The notes under the pieces were generated by a model, which worked only from the letters and a program-made list of their open reading frames with translations, was not told the DNA's origin and ran no database searches. DNA of 64,000 nucleotides from assembly GCA_003455995.1 (NCBI GenBank), contig DMPO01000001.1, positions 14,945 through 78,944 on the forward strand, read 5' to 3'. Source of the DNA: Candidatus Azambacteria bacterium (lineage in GTDB: Bacteria > Patescibacteriota > Minisyncoccia > UBA10092). Position numbers and translations under genes: made by a program. Of the stretch, positions 17,994 through 27,479 are shown piece by piece; position 1 is the first letter of the stretch; each line of letters opens with the position of its first letter.

Positions 17994-19382
17994 ATGCCAA
18001 TAAAGACCTACAAAAAAGAAATAAAAAAATCCCTTCCGTTCAACCCCAATCAGTTGCCGCCGCAAGACATTGAAGCGGAACAATCGGTTTTGGGCGCTCT
18101 TCTCATAGACAAAGACGCGGTTATTAAAATCGCCGACATTATCACTGCCAAAGATTTTTATCGCCGAACGCATGAAATAATCTTCGAATCCATGATGGAG
18201 CTCTACGCCAAAAGCGAACCCATTGATCTTTTAACCGTCAGTAGCAAACTAAAAGAAAAAAAACAATTCAAAGACATCGGTGGCATGTCGTATTTGACGA
18301 CTCTCGTGAATTTTGTGCCGACCGCGTCCAATGTTGCACATTACGCAAAAATCGTTAATCAAAAAAGGGTCTTGAGAGATCTGATCAGCGCTTCCGGCGA
18401 GATCTCGGCTCTGGCGTGGAATGAAACCGGCAACATCGATGAGATTTTGGACGAAGCCGAAAAAAGAATTTTCGGGGTCTCACAAACATCGCTCATTCAG
18501 GAATTTCAGCATATCAAGCCGCATCTTACCGAAGCGTTCGAGAGATTTGACCGACTGCACAAAGGCGATGATGTCTGGCGCGGTATTCCGACCGGTTTTT
18601 TGGATTTGGACAAGCGGTTGGCCGGATTGCAAAAAGCCGATTTGATAATTCTGGCGGCGCGTCCGTCTTTGGGCAAAACATCGTTGGCGCTTGACATCGC
18701 CCGCCACGCGGCCGTTAATGAAAAAATGGCCGTCGGCGTTTTCAGTTTGGAAATGTCCAAACAGCAACTGATAGAACGGCTCATCGCCGCCGAAGCCAAT
18801 GTCGATCTGTGGCGGTTGAGAACCGGGCAATTGTCAGACGAGGGCAAAGATAATGATTTTGATCGAATAGGCCAAGCTCTCAACAGTCTGTCTTCGGCGC
18901 CGATTTACATAGACGACGCCGCCTCGCCGAATGTTCTGCAAATCAGGACCATGGCTCGGCGGCTGCAGGCGGAAAAAGGCCTCGATCTTTTGATCATCGA
19001 TTATTTGCAACTGATGCAGGGAACTGGGCGAATAGAAAACCGAACGCAGGAAGTCAGCGAAATTTCAAGATCCCTAAAAAATCTGGCGAGAGAATTGAAT
19101 ATTCCGGTGATGGCCCTGTCGCAACTTTCACGCGCGCCGGAGGCGCGCGTCGATCAGGTCCCGAAACTGTCGGATTTAAGAGAATCTGGCGCCATTGAAC
19201 AGGACGCCGATGTCGTGATGTTCATCTACCGCGAAGATAAGGCCAAGCCCAACAACGAGACCGATCGGAAAAATATCGCCGAAATTCATGTCGCCAAGCA
19301 TCGCAACGGCCCGACCGGAAAAACAGAATTGTATTTTAATGAAAATTATGTCAGTTTTAAAAACTTAGACAAATTACACTAA
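17994..19382 (+). CDS. dnaB: Replicative DNA helicase DnaB
   Basis: N-terminal domain PPQDIEAEQSVLGALL, Walker A GARPSLGKTS and the RecA-like C-terminal domain. ATG 17994 is preferred; the ORF-track start 17946 lies inside the upstream hairpin. Confidence 0.9.
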   Translation: MPIKTYKKEIKKSLPFNPNQLPPQDIEAEQSVLGALLIDKDAVIKIADIITAKDFYRRTHEIIFESMMELYAKSEPIDLLTVSSKLKEKKQFKDIGGMSYLTTLVNFVPTASNVAHYAKIVNQKRVLRDLISASGEISALAWNETGNIDEILDEAEKRIFGVSQTSLIQEFQHIKPHLTEAFERFDRLHKGDDVWRGIPTGFLDLDKRLAGLQKADLIILAARPSLGKTSLALDIARHAAVNEKMAVGVFSLEMSKQQLIERLIAAEANVDLWRLRTGQLSDEGKDNDFDRIGQALNSLSSAPIYIDDAASPNVLQIRTMARRLQAEKGLDLLIIDYLQLMQGTGRIENRTQEVSEISRSLKNLARELNIPVMALSQLSRAPEARVDQVPKLSDLRESGAIEQDADVVMFIYREDKAKPNNETDRKNIAEIHVAKHRNGPTGKTELYFNENYVSFKNLDKLH

Positions 19383-19383
19383 T

Positions 19384-20010
19384 ATGTATCCGAAACCGAT
19401 AAAAGAATTTATAGACAATTTTTCCAAGTTGCCGGGAATCGGGCCGCGCCAGGCGGCGCGGCTGGCTTTTTGGATTTTAAACGGAGAAAAAAAAGTCCGA
19501 GATAATTTAAAAAAGGCGCTGGAAGGATTGGAGCATGATATAGATATTTGTTCTGTTTGTTTTTTTACCATGGAACATTCTCGGCACGGGGAAGATAAAT
19601 GTCATTTCTGCGACAACCCCGCCAGAGATCATAAAATGATTTGCGTTACTGAAAAAGAAACTGATTTGGCGACTATCGAAAAATCGGGAAATTACAAAGG
19701 ACTCTATCATGTTTTGGGCGGTTTGTTTTCCGCGCTGGATACGGCCATCCCCAAAAACCTGAAAATGCCGGAACTGATAAATCGGATAGAGAGCAAAAAA
19801 AACGGAGGTAAAAAAATTGAAGAAGTTATCTTGGCGCTTTCCTCCACTCACGAAGGCGATTTGACGGCGCATTATTTGGAGAGATTGTTGAAGCCGTTGA
19901 AAGTAAAAATTACCAGATTGGGGCGAGGATTGCCGTACGGCGCCGATGTGGAATTCGCCGACGCCAAAACGCTGTCCGGAGCGCTGGACGGCAGAAAAGA
20001 AACTAAATAG
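19384..20010 (+). CDS. recR: Recombination protein RecR
   Basis: HhH motif (LPGIGPRQAARLAF), a C4 zinc finger (CSVC...CHFC) and a Toprim domain. Confidence 0.92.
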   Translation: MYPKPIKEFIDNFSKLPGIGPRQAARLAFWILNGEKKVRDNLKKALEGLEHDIDICSVCFFTMEHSRHGEDKCHFCDNPARDHKMICVTEKETDLATIEKSGNYKGLYHVLGGLFSALDTAIPKNLKMPELINRIESKKNGGKKIEEVILALSSTHEGDLTAHYLERLLKPLKVKITRLGRGLPYGADVEFADAKTLSGALDGRKETK

Positions 20011-20308
20011 AAATAATTTCGACTTCCGTGAAATGTTGGCGATGGCCGGCTTTTTTCTTGTAGCGGGTCTTGTTGTGATAATGAAAAACAATGATTTTTC
20101 TGGAACGCCCCTGTTTTAAAACCTTAGCCGAGACACTTCCCCCTTCAATTAGCGGCGCCCCGATTTTCGTTTCTTTGTCGGCCACCAACAACACTTCATC
20201 AAAACTGAACTCACCGCCTTCCGCAGTATCGATTTTGCTGATTTTCAGCTTATCTCCCTCTTTAACCAGATATTGCTTGCCCCCGGTTTTAATTATCGCG
20301 AATTTCAT
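20003..20308 (-). CDS. rplU: 50S ribosomal protein L21
   Basis: MKFAIIKTGGKQYLVKEGDKL... matches the L21 N-terminus; 101 aa. Confidence 0.85.
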   Translation of the reverse strand: MKFAIIKTGGKQYLVKEGDKLKISKIDTAEGGEFSFDEVLLVADKETKIGAPLIEGGSVSAKVLKQGRSRKIIVFHYHNKTRYKKKAGHRQHFTEVEIISI

Positions 20309-20357
20309 ATTATTTCGTTTAGGTAAGATACAATGATTGCCGACCGGCCGTCAAGAA

Positions 20358-20699
20358 TCACTTGTTTATCATATACAAGGCGATGCCGCCGATCACAAGA
20401 AAACACTGGACTATGAGCGTTACCGCCGTTAAAAAATATGATAAAAAACGATTTTTTTTCCAAATTTTAAGCGCCAGAAATCCGTTGACCGCCATGATAA
20501 TCACGCCGACCAGAGGCAGAATGAAAATGCTTTTTACTTCTCCTAGATAATCGACGCCCCAGTCCACATTATAGTGGAGTACGATGGGAATATTGTTTTG
20601 TTTTATGAAAAAATAAAAAAACAAAAACAGCCAGATTATGATGATGGAACTTGCGCCGAGCAATATTCGATTGATGGCGTCTCTCAAAAATTCTTTCAT
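20358..20699 (-). CDS. Hypothetical membrane protein
   Basis: Three predicted TM helices in 113 aa. Confidence 0.35.
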   Translation of the reverse strand: MKEFLRDAINRILLGASSIIIIWLFLFFYFFIKQNNIPIVLHYNVDWGVDYLGEVKSIFILPLVGVIIMAVNGFLALKIWKKNRFLSYFLTAVTLIVQCFLVIGGIALYMINK

Positions 20700-20709
20700 G
20701 ATATTTTTA

Positions 20710-20784
20710 TACCGCCACCGGGATTCGAACCCGGGTTACCTGGATGAGAACCAGGCGTCCTGGACCGGACTAGACGATAGCGGC
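20710..20784 (-). tRNA. tRNA-Glu (anticodon CUC)
   Basis: Reverse complement GCCGCTATCGTCTAGTCCGGTCCAGGACGCCTGGTTCTCATCCAGGTAACCCGGGTTCGAATCCCGGTGGCGGTA. D-arm TCGTCTAG...CAGGAC is typical of tRNA-Glu; anticodon loop TTCTCAT. Confidence 0.75.
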
Positions 20785-20808
20785 ACTCTTGATACTATAG
20801 ACCAAATC

Positions 20809-21534
20809 ATGTCATTATTCAACATTATGGATTCGCAAAAAACGATTATTTTTCTTCACGGCTGGGGCATGTCTTCCAAAATATTTCGGCCATTTTATCA
20901 TTATTTCAAAAATGATTTTATCGTCTATTTTTTGGATTTACCAGGTTTCGGCGATACCCCCATTGAGAGGCCAATGGTTTTGAATGACTATGCCGAATTC
21001 GTTTATAAATTTATTCAAGATAACAATATTGTAGATCCTATAATTGTCGGTCATTCTTTTGGCGGCGCGGTTGCCACAAAATTGGCGATTATTCACCCAG
21101 AAATTTTATCAAAATTAATTTTGGTCGATGCCAGTGCCATTCGACAACCGCACCACATCATTAAACTGGCAAAAAAATTGGCAGATTTATTAAAACCTCT
21201 CATGCCATTTGGATTGAGAAAGTGGATTTTGAAATTATTAAATCTTGATAAGACCGACTATGCGCAAATTGAAAGTGACGAACTTAGGACAACATTCAAA
21301 AAGGTCATACATGAAGACCTGTCCCAATATTTGCCATCAATAAAATCGCCAACACTTGTTATCTGGGGCGAAAATGATACCGCGACACCACTTAGTGAAG
21401 GAAGACTTATCGCCAATTTAATTCCAAATGCTAAACTTTCAGTTATAAAACACACCGGCCATTTTTTATTTTTGGAAAAACCATTAGAATTTGTAAATGA
21501 AATTAAAAAATTTATTGTATCTCCTACAGCTTGA
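20809..21534 (+). CDS. Alpha/beta-fold hydrolase
   Basis: HGWGMSS (oxyanion/HG motif), GHSFGG nucleophile elbow and a C-terminal His (HTGHF). The ORF-track start 20638 overlaps tRNA-Glu and is rejected. Confidence 0.7.
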   Translation: MSLFNIMDSQKTIIFLHGWGMSSKIFRPFYHYFKNDFIVYFLDLPGFGDTPIERPMVLNDYAEFVYKFIQDNNIVDPIIVGHSFGGAVATKLAIIHPEILSKLILVDASAIRQPHHIIKLAKKLADLLKPLMPFGLRKWILKLLNLDKTDYAQIESDELRTTFKKVIHEDLSQYLPSIKSPTLVIWGENDTATPLSEGRLIANLIPNAKLSVIKHTGHFLFLEKPLEFVNEIKKFIVSPTA

Positions 21535-22678
21535 AGAATACGATTTGGAACGTTTTGACGAATGGTTGAAACGCAATCCGGGGCGAGTTGTTTTGGAAAA
21601 AAAGAATCATATAAATTGGACTCCCAAAGCCCGCGCGATTTTTATATTGGCTAAAATATTCGGCATAAAAAACGCCGTTTATATTTTGTCGCCAATCGAT
21701 TCGTTATTGAAAAAACTGGTTGTTTCCAGGGCGCGCGCGAAAATAAAAAAGATGGCTGATTTGACGATAATCGGCGTTACCGGTTCCTACGGCAAGACAA
21801 CAACCAAAGACGCCATTTCGCATGTATTAATACATAAATACAACTTATTAAAAACCGAAGGAAACCGCAATACCCTTTTGGGCATAGCCAAGACCATTGT
21901 TAATGATTTGAAACCGGAACATAAAATTTTTGTTTGCGAAATGGCCGCGTATCGGCCGGGCGATATAAAAGAAATCTCCAAATTGATTAAGCCAAAAATC
22001 GGCATCGTTACCGCCATCGGTCCGATGCATTATGAAAGATTCGGTTCGATGGAAAATATTTTGAAAACAAAATTGGAACTGATTGAATCATTGCCAGATA
22101 ACGGTATTGGTTTTTTGCCGAAAGAAATTGAGCCGCAAATAAAACAAAAAAAAATTGGCGCTAAAACAGAATTTTTTTCTTCAAAAGAAGCATTATTGGT
22201 GAAAATCGGAAAACTATTTGAATTGTCCGAAAATGAAATTTTGGGACGCTTGAAAACCATGCCTCCGATATCGCGCCGCCAAGAAATGATAAAGACCTCC
22301 GGCGATATCACCATCATTGACGACTCATATAATTCCAATCCTATGGGATTTTTATCGGCCTTGGCAGCATTGAAAAATATGGCCGTTCAAAGGAGAATTT
22401 TGGTTACCCCGGGAATGATTGAACTCGGCGAAAAGCAATTTGAGTTGAATAAAAACGCCGCCATTGCGGCGGCGCAGGTCGCCGACTATGTAATCATAGT
22501 CGGCGAAATCAATAAATCCGCTTTGGAAGATGGTTTGAAAGAAGAATGGAAAGATAATTTCGACAAAAAGGTCTTTTGGGCGCCAGATCTGGATTCGGCC
22601 AAGAAAAAACTATCCGAAATCACCATCCCCCATTCCGCGATTCTTCTGGAAAACGACCTCCCCGATCATTATTTTTAA
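21497..22678 (+). CDS. murF: UDP-MurNAc-tripeptide--D-Ala-D-Ala ligase MurF (Mur ligase family)
   Basis: Mur ligase P-loop GVTGSYGKTTTK and a DDSYNSNP-like motif; adjacent to ddl. Confidence 0.8.
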   Translation: MKLKNLLYLLQLEEYDLERFDEWLKRNPGRVVLEKKNHINWTPKARAIFILAKIFGIKNAVYILSPIDSLLKKLVVSRARAKIKKMADLTIIGVTGSYGKTTTKDAISHVLIHKYNLLKTEGNRNTLLGIAKTIVNDLKPEHKIFVCEMAAYRPGDIKEISKLIKPKIGIVTAIGPMHYERFGSMENILKTKLELIESLPDNGIGFLPKEIEPQIKQKKIGAKTEFFSSKEALLVKIGKLFELSENEILGRLKTMPPISRRQEMIKTSGDITIIDDSYNSNPMGFLSALAALKNMAVQRRILVTPGMIELGEKQFELNKNAAIAAAQVADYVIIVGEINKSALEDGLKEEWKDNFDKKVFWAPDLDSAKKKLSEITIPHSAILLENDLPDHYF

Positions 22679-22681
22679 CTC

Positions 22682-22709
22682 TTGACAAATTCTATGAATT
22701 TGGTAAAAT
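22682..22709 (+). promoter_or_regulatory. Sigma70-type promoter TTGACA-16-TAAAAT
   Basis: TTGACA at 22682-22687 and TAAAAT at 22704-22709, with a 16-nt spacer. Drives the sRNA candidate. Confidence 0.6.
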
Positions 22710-22715
22710 AGTCAC

Positions 22716-22852
22716 ATAAATGGCTCCTGTGGACACAGATGAGTGCAATGGATAGCAGAACGGTTCGAAAGAACCGGAGACCCCCGTCCGATTCGGGGTC
22801 TGTGTCCCTTGAGCCAAATATAACCTCCCAAAGCATTGGGAGTTTTATTTTT
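22716..22852 (+). ncRNA. Candidate small RNA (~137 nt) with its own promoter and intrinsic terminator; class unknown
   Basis: Predicted long-range helix GGCUCCUGUGGACACAG / CUGUGUCCCUUGAGCC. Internal hairpins ACGGUUC-GAAA-GAACCGG and AGACCCCG-N7-CGGGGUCU. Terminator CTCCCAA-AGCA-TTGGGAG plus TTTTATTTTT (22825-22852). No ORF; the downstream gene is convergent. Confidence 0.5.
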
Positions 22853-24014
22853 ACTTTTCACTTTCTTTACTGGCTTCAGAAATCAAATCAGAATCGTAAC
22901 TAAATATCAGTTTTTTCCGTTCTTTATGGCGTTCAAAGCCAAGATTTATCAGCCGATCAATTAATTCATCTATATCCAATCCGCTTTTTTCCCAAAGATA
23001 GAAAGACAAGGAGCCAGGCAAAGTGTTTATTTCATTTATCCAAACATCACCGCTTTGCTCGCTGACTATAAAATCAATTCTGGCAACACCGGAAGCGTCA
23101 ACTGATCTAAAGGCGGTTTTTGCCATTTCTTGAATTCTCCTGGCTAATTTTTCACTGATGGGCGCCGGCACCAAGCGTGAAAGTCCGGCCATACCTTTCA
23201 TTTTCCCACCCTTCATATACTTGTCTTCATAGGAAAGCATTTGTTCACTACCTAATGGCTGTTCGCAAACCGACGCGATCAATTCGCTATTCCCTAAAAC
23301 GGAACAATTAATTTCGATAATATTCTCTTTTCCTTCTTCAATGATAATCCGCCGATCAAACTGGGAAGCGATATTAATTGCCCCTTCTAATTCTTTAACG
23401 CCACTAGCCTTGTTAATGGCGACACTGCTTCCCAGGTTCGCTGGCTTAACAAATACTGGATAACTTAATTCTTTTTCTATATTTTTAATAATATCAATTT
23501 TATTATCTTCCCATTCGCTTTTTAAAAACCAAACATATTTTACAGTTGGCAATCCGACCTCTTTAAACACAGATTTTTGAATAATTTTATCCATCCCCAC
23601 GGCCGAGCCCGTAACACCGCTTCCCGTGTAAGCAGCATCAGCCATTTCAAAAAGACCTTGCAAAGTTCCGTCTTCTCCAAAAGTGCCATGAATCGCCGTA
23701 AAATATATGTCGGCTGAAATTTTATTCAGAAATTTAAACGCAGATTTCGGCGCCAGCGCTTTAACACTCGGCGAGACATTAAAAATATATTCCGGCGCTT
23801 TAATGTCAGTAAGTTTTAAATTCTTATAGCTTTCCAATTTTTCCAATTTCTTATCAACAAACCATCTGCCGGTTTTATCTATATAAATCGGAATAACTTC
23901 GTATTTGTCGCGATCGATATTTTTGAAAACCTGCATTGCCGTCATAATGGAGACCTCATGCTCCACCGAACGGCTTCCAAAAACCACCGCTACTTTTGTT
24001 TTATCGTTTCTCAT
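22851..24014 (-). CDS. ddl: D-alanine--D-alanine ligase
   Basis: ATP-grasp fold; VAVVFGSRSVEHEVS N-terminus and an EINTLPG-type C-terminal motif. Confidence 0.9.
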   Translation of the reverse strand: MRNDKTKVAVVFGSRSVEHEVSIMTAMQVFKNIDRDKYEVIPIYIDKTGRWFVDKKLEKLESYKNLKLTDIKAPEYIFNVSPSVKALAPKSAFKFLNKISADIYFTAIHGTFGEDGTLQGLFEMADAAYTGSGVTGSAVGMDKIIQKSVFKEVGLPTVKYVWFLKSEWEDNKIDIIKNIEKELSYPVFVKPANLGSSVAINKASGVKELEGAINIASQFDRRIIIEEGKENIIEINCSVLGNSELIASVCEQPLGSEQMLSYEDKYMKGGKMKGMAGLSRLVPAPISEKLARRIQEMAKTAFRSVDASGVARIDFIVSEQSGDVWINEINTLPGSLSFYLWEKSGLDIDELIDRLINLGFERHKERKKLIFSYDSDLISEASKESEK

Positions 24015-24016
24015 GC

Positions 24017-25657
24017 TTAAAGAGTAGGTTTATCCGGAGGAATTTGCAAATAATTGAATAAAAAATGAAACAGGTCCTTAGCCGCCGGCACCACCGTGCT
24101 TTCGGCGAATCTTATTCCTTGAGGACGATCCAATTTAATCAGGGCGATGAATTTTGGATTATAAGCCGGAGCGAAAGCCACAAAGGTGTGAATATATTCA
24201 TCAAGATAACCGCCGTTTTTTAAATCCGGTATTTGGGCCGTGCCGGTTTTCCCGGCAATGGTATACCCGGATACTTGCGCCCGCCGTCCGCTGCCATTTT
24301 CCACGACCTTAATGAGCATATCGATCAATTTTACCGATGTTTCAGAGGAGATGACTTGTTTTGATTGTTTGTTTTTCATTTCGCCGGTCTCGTTGCCATG
24401 GGAAATTATTTTGGCAACCAAACGCGGCTGAATTAATTTGCCTCCATTGGCTATTACCGACAAGGAACGAATTAATTCCATAGGCGTTACGGCAACCCCT
24501 TGGCCAAACGCAGCGGTGGCATAATTAACATCGCGGCCGCTCAAAAGCTGTGAAAGATCTCCGCTCATTTCCGGAATATCAATGCCGGTTTTGCTGTCAA
24601 CGCCAAAATTTTTCAGATATTTCAAAAATATATCCTTGGGCACTTTTTGCTGGACGAAAACCGCTCCGGTGTTTAAAGATTGCTCCAGAACCGTGGTCAT
24701 GGTCTGCCAGCCCAAAATTTTATCCGATAACGCGTTAGAAATGGTTCTATCGGCGACCTGAACGCTACCAGTGTTATAGTATTTGGTTTCCGGCGTCACG
24801 GCGCCCGTCTCAATGCCAATAGCCATAGTGATTGGCTTGAAAACCGATCCCGGTTCATAGCGCTTCAGGGTTGCCGGATTAATAAACAAATTTTTGTCAG
24901 AAACGGCGGAATAATTATTGGCATCAAAACTTGGCGAAGAAGCCATTGCCAAAATATTGCCGTTTTTTGGATCCATTACGATAATGGAACCCTCGCTTGC
25001 CCGCCATGTTTCAACCGCCTTGGAAATCAACGATCCGGCTTGCGCCTGAATCGCCGAATCAATGGTTAGAACCAAGTCCGAACTGGAAATAAAACCGGAA
25101 AGATTGTCGTTATAATATTCTTCCAACCCATATTGGCCGGTTTGCCCGTTTTTATCGAACCCCAAAAACCCAATAACCTGTGAAAGATGCAGCCCCTCAG
25201 GATAATATCTTAGGGTCTCGCTACCCACCTCAATACCGGGTTCATTCAGCGCTTTTATCGCGTCAACGATTTCGTCGGAAACTTTCTTCTTCAAAATCTC
25301 ATGCGGATCGTTCGGTTTTGATAATTTTTTCATCAGAGAGGCCTCGTCAAGTTCTAAAATAGGCGCTAATTTTTTGGCCAAGGTCATTGGATCGGTGATT
25401 TTTTGAGGGATGGCATAGATTAAAGAAAATTCCTTATTTAAAGCCGCCGCGTAGGGCGCATTGTCTTTATCCGTTAAAAAAATACTGCCACGAGGAACCG
25501 CGCTATTATTGTTATCGCTTATATTTTTAGCCCTGGCCAAATAATAATCGTGGCGAAAAATTGATAAATAAAAAAAACGCCCCCAAACCAGAAGAGTTAA
25601 TAAAATAAAAAAGAATATCAAAAATAAAATTCTATTTTCAGAATTGTATTTCGGCAT
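24017..25657 (-). CDS. ftsI: Peptidoglycan D,D-transpeptidase (PBP2/FtsI class B PBP)
   Basis: N-terminal TM, dimerisation domain and transpeptidase motifs SVFK (SxxK), SNA-like and KTGT. Confidence 0.88.
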   Translation of the reverse strand: MPKYNSENRILFLIFFFILLTLLVWGRFFYLSIFRHDYYLARAKNISDNNNSAVPRGSIFLTDKDNAPYAAALNKEFSLIYAIPQKITDPMTLAKKLAPILELDEASLMKKLSKPNDPHEILKKKVSDEIVDAIKALNEPGIEVGSETLRYYPEGLHLSQVIGFLGFDKNGQTGQYGLEEYYNDNLSGFISSSDLVLTIDSAIQAQAGSLISKAVETWRASEGSIIVMDPKNGNILAMASSPSFDANNYSAVSDKNLFINPATLKRYEPGSVFKPITMAIGIETGAVTPETKYYNTGSVQVADRTISNALSDKILGWQTMTTVLEQSLNTGAVFVQQKVPKDIFLKYLKNFGVDSKTGIDIPEMSGDLSQLLSGRDVNYATAAFGQGVAVTPMELIRSLSVIANGGKLIQPRLVAKIISHGNETGEMKNKQSKQVISSETSVKLIDMLIKVVENGSGRRAQVSGYTIAGKTGTAQIPDLKNGGYLDEYIHTFVAFAPAYNPKFIALIKLDRPQGIRFAESTVVPAAKDLFHFLFNYLQIPPDKPTL

Positions 25658-25659
25658 AT

Positions 25660-25980
25660 TTATTGATTCTTGGCGACCGAACCGGATATTTTGATATATT
25701 GAACTTGATCATTGGGAACAAGATTTAAATCTTGAATCGCCTGCTGGAGAAAGCCGATGCTGCGCTTGCCGGAAAGTTCCAAATTGAGAGTTCTTATTTC
25801 AATTTTTAAATTTTCAATATTTTTGTGCAATATATTTTTTCTATAATTCGCCATAATCACGCTGTTCACAATAAACAAGTAGGCGATTGTCAACCCGACA
25901 ACGGCGAAAATAAAAACTGTGTTTAAAGTTTCTATTTTGATGGTTTTTAACATATCTATTTTTATTGCGATACTTGTCAT
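25660..25980 (-). CDS. ftsL: Cell division protein FtsL-like
   Basis: Small bitopic protein with a TM helix and coiled coil, positioned between rsmH and ftsI. Confidence 0.6.
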   Translation of the reverse strand: MTSIAIKIDMLKTIKIETLNTVFIFAVVGLTIAYLFIVNSVIMANYRKNILHKNIENLKIEIRTLNLELSGKRSIGFLQQAIQDLNLVPNDQVQYIKISGSVAKNQ

Positions 25981-26852
25981 ATTTTTTCTATTACTCTTAA
26001 TTTCGCGCTTCGACTTTTAGGATTAATATTAATTTCTTCATCAAAAGCCATGATTGGTTTTTTATTTAAAATTTTGATGATGTTTTTCCGATGCAAATCT
26101 CGCGACCAATTTTTTATTAAACGATCTTCCAGCGAGTGAAAAGAAATGAAGGCGGCTTTTCCTCCTTTTGCCAAAACTTTCAAAATGTCGGCTAATGTTC
26201 TTTCTATTTCCGCCAACTCCTGATTGACTTCAATTCTTAAGGCCTGGAAAATAAGAGTGGCAGGATGCAGTTTGCCATGACGTCTGGATACTTTTTCTAT
26301 TATCTCCACCAGTTCTTTCGTTGTTTTTATTCTTTTCATTCTTCTGGCGGCCGCTATGGTCTTGGCGATTTTCTTGGCCTTTGTTTCTTCTCCGTACTTT
26401 TTAAAAATGTCTGCCAGCCGCGTTTCGGAATAATCATTCACGACATCTTCGGCCGTTAGCGGATTGTTGGAATCAAAACGCATATCAAGAATTTCATCTT
26501 TTTGAAATGAAAATCCCCTTCCGGAATTTTCCAGCTGGCTGGTGGACATCCCGAAATCAAAAAGAATTCCGCCAATATTGTTAATTCCGTTTTCTTCCGC
26601 AATCTTTAAAATATTTCCGAAAGAATCGTTTGTAAAAAGAACTCTATTCCCGAAATCCCTCAAATTACTCTTGGCTCGAATTATTGATTCAATATCTCTG
26701 TCAATCGCGATTAATTTTCCATTAGGCGCCGTTTTTTCCAATATCGCCTTGGCGTGACCGCCATCGCCTACCGTGGCGTCAATGAAATTCTGATTCGGCT
26801 GCGGATTAAAATACTCCAACACCGCATTTAAAAGAACTGGAATATGCGCCAT
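25977..26852 (-). CDS. rsmH: 16S rRNA (cytosine1402-N4)-methyltransferase RsmH (MraW)
   Basis: HIPVLL N-terminus and the SAM-binding motif DATVGDGGHA. Confidence 0.92.
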   Translation of the reverse strand: MAHIPVLLNAVLEYFNPQPNQNFIDATVGDGGHAKAILEKTAPNGKLIAIDRDIESIIRAKSNLRDFGNRVLFTNDSFGNILKIAEENGINNIGGILFDFGMSTSQLENSGRGFSFQKDEILDMRFDSNNPLTAEDVVNDYSETRLADIFKKYGEETKAKKIAKTIAAARRMKRIKTTKELVEIIEKVSRRHGKLHPATLIFQALRIEVNQELAEIERTLADILKVLAKGGKAAFISFHSLEDRLIKNWSRDLHRKNIIKILNKKPIMAFDEEININPKSRSAKLRVIEKI

Positions 26853-26854
26853 AT

Positions 26855-27286
26855 TTATATGCCAAACTCGCTTAGCCCTTCCGCGATATCACCGGATAAT
26901 TTTTCCGATTCGGCAATATATTTGTTCCAGACATTCTCGCCCCAAACTTCAATGCGATCCTGAACGCCGATAATCACGATTGATTTTTCAAGCTTGGCGT
27001 ATTTTTTAAGAGAATCGGAAATTAAAATGCGCCCCACTTCGTCAATTTCAATTTCAATCGCACCAGAAAGCATAAATCTCTTGAAGTCCCTGGCTTTTTT
27101 ATAACCCAGCGGTAAATTATTCATTTTTTCCGAAAAGAGCTGCCAATCACGGTTTGGATAGACGAACAAACAGCCGTCTAATCCCCTTGTCAAAACCGGC
27201 TTTTCGCCCAATTCCATTCTTAACTTAGCCGGAATCGTCAGTCGGTTTTTGGAATCCAGATTGTGTTTAAATTCGCCTAATAGCAT
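26855..27286 (-). CDS. mraZ: Transcriptional regulator MraZ
   Basis: Duplicated SpoVT/AbrB-like DxxxR motifs (LDSKNRLTIPAKLR ... IDEVGRILI). Confidence 0.9.
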   Translation of the reverse strand: MLLGEFKHNLDSKNRLTIPAKLRMELGEKPVLTRGLDGCLFVYPNRDWQLFSEKMNNLPLGYKKARDFKRFMLSGAIEIEIDEVGRILISDSLKKYAKLEKSIVIIGVQDRIEVWGENVWNKYIAESEKLSGDIAEGLSEFGI

Positions 27287-27313
27287 ATGGTTATCCCCTG
27301 TTTAGCATACTTA

Positions 27314-27340
27314 TCCACAAAGTTACCCACAATCTCCCAC
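27314..27340 (-). promoter_or_regulatory. MraZ operator: three direct GTGG[G/A] repeats
   Basis: On the minus strand GTGGG-AGATT-GTGGG-TAACTTT-GTGGA, upstream of mraZ. This resembles the known MraZ-box direct-repeat architecture. Confidence 0.5.
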
Positions 27341-27407
27341 CGACAGATTTATATTAATACAAATTAAAAAGGCCTGCAATAGGCTTCGTTGTGGATAAGT
27401 CAGGTTT

Positions 27408-27479
27408 TGGGCATTGCTGGAATCGGACCAGCGGCCTTTCCGATGTGAACGGAACGCTCTGCCACTGAGCTAAATGCCC
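27408..27479 (-). tRNA. tRNA-Val (anticodon CAC)
   Basis: Reverse complement GGGCATTTAGCTCAGTGGCAGAGCGTTCCGTTCACATCGGAAAGGCCGCTGGTCCGATTCCAGCAATGCCCA; anticodon stem TTCCG/CGGAA, loop TTCACAT. Confidence 0.7.

Noticed and set aside
20638-20808. Upstream extension of the alpha/beta hydrolase ORF
   Set aside because: It overlaps the whole tRNA-Glu gene on the opposite strand, and the conserved HGWG region begins after the ATG at 20809.
22716-22852. Hammerhead ribozyme assignment for the sRNA candidate
   Set aside because: The core reads CAGAUGAG rather than CUGAUGA, so the invariant U4 is missing, and the helix arrangement does not fit stems I-III.
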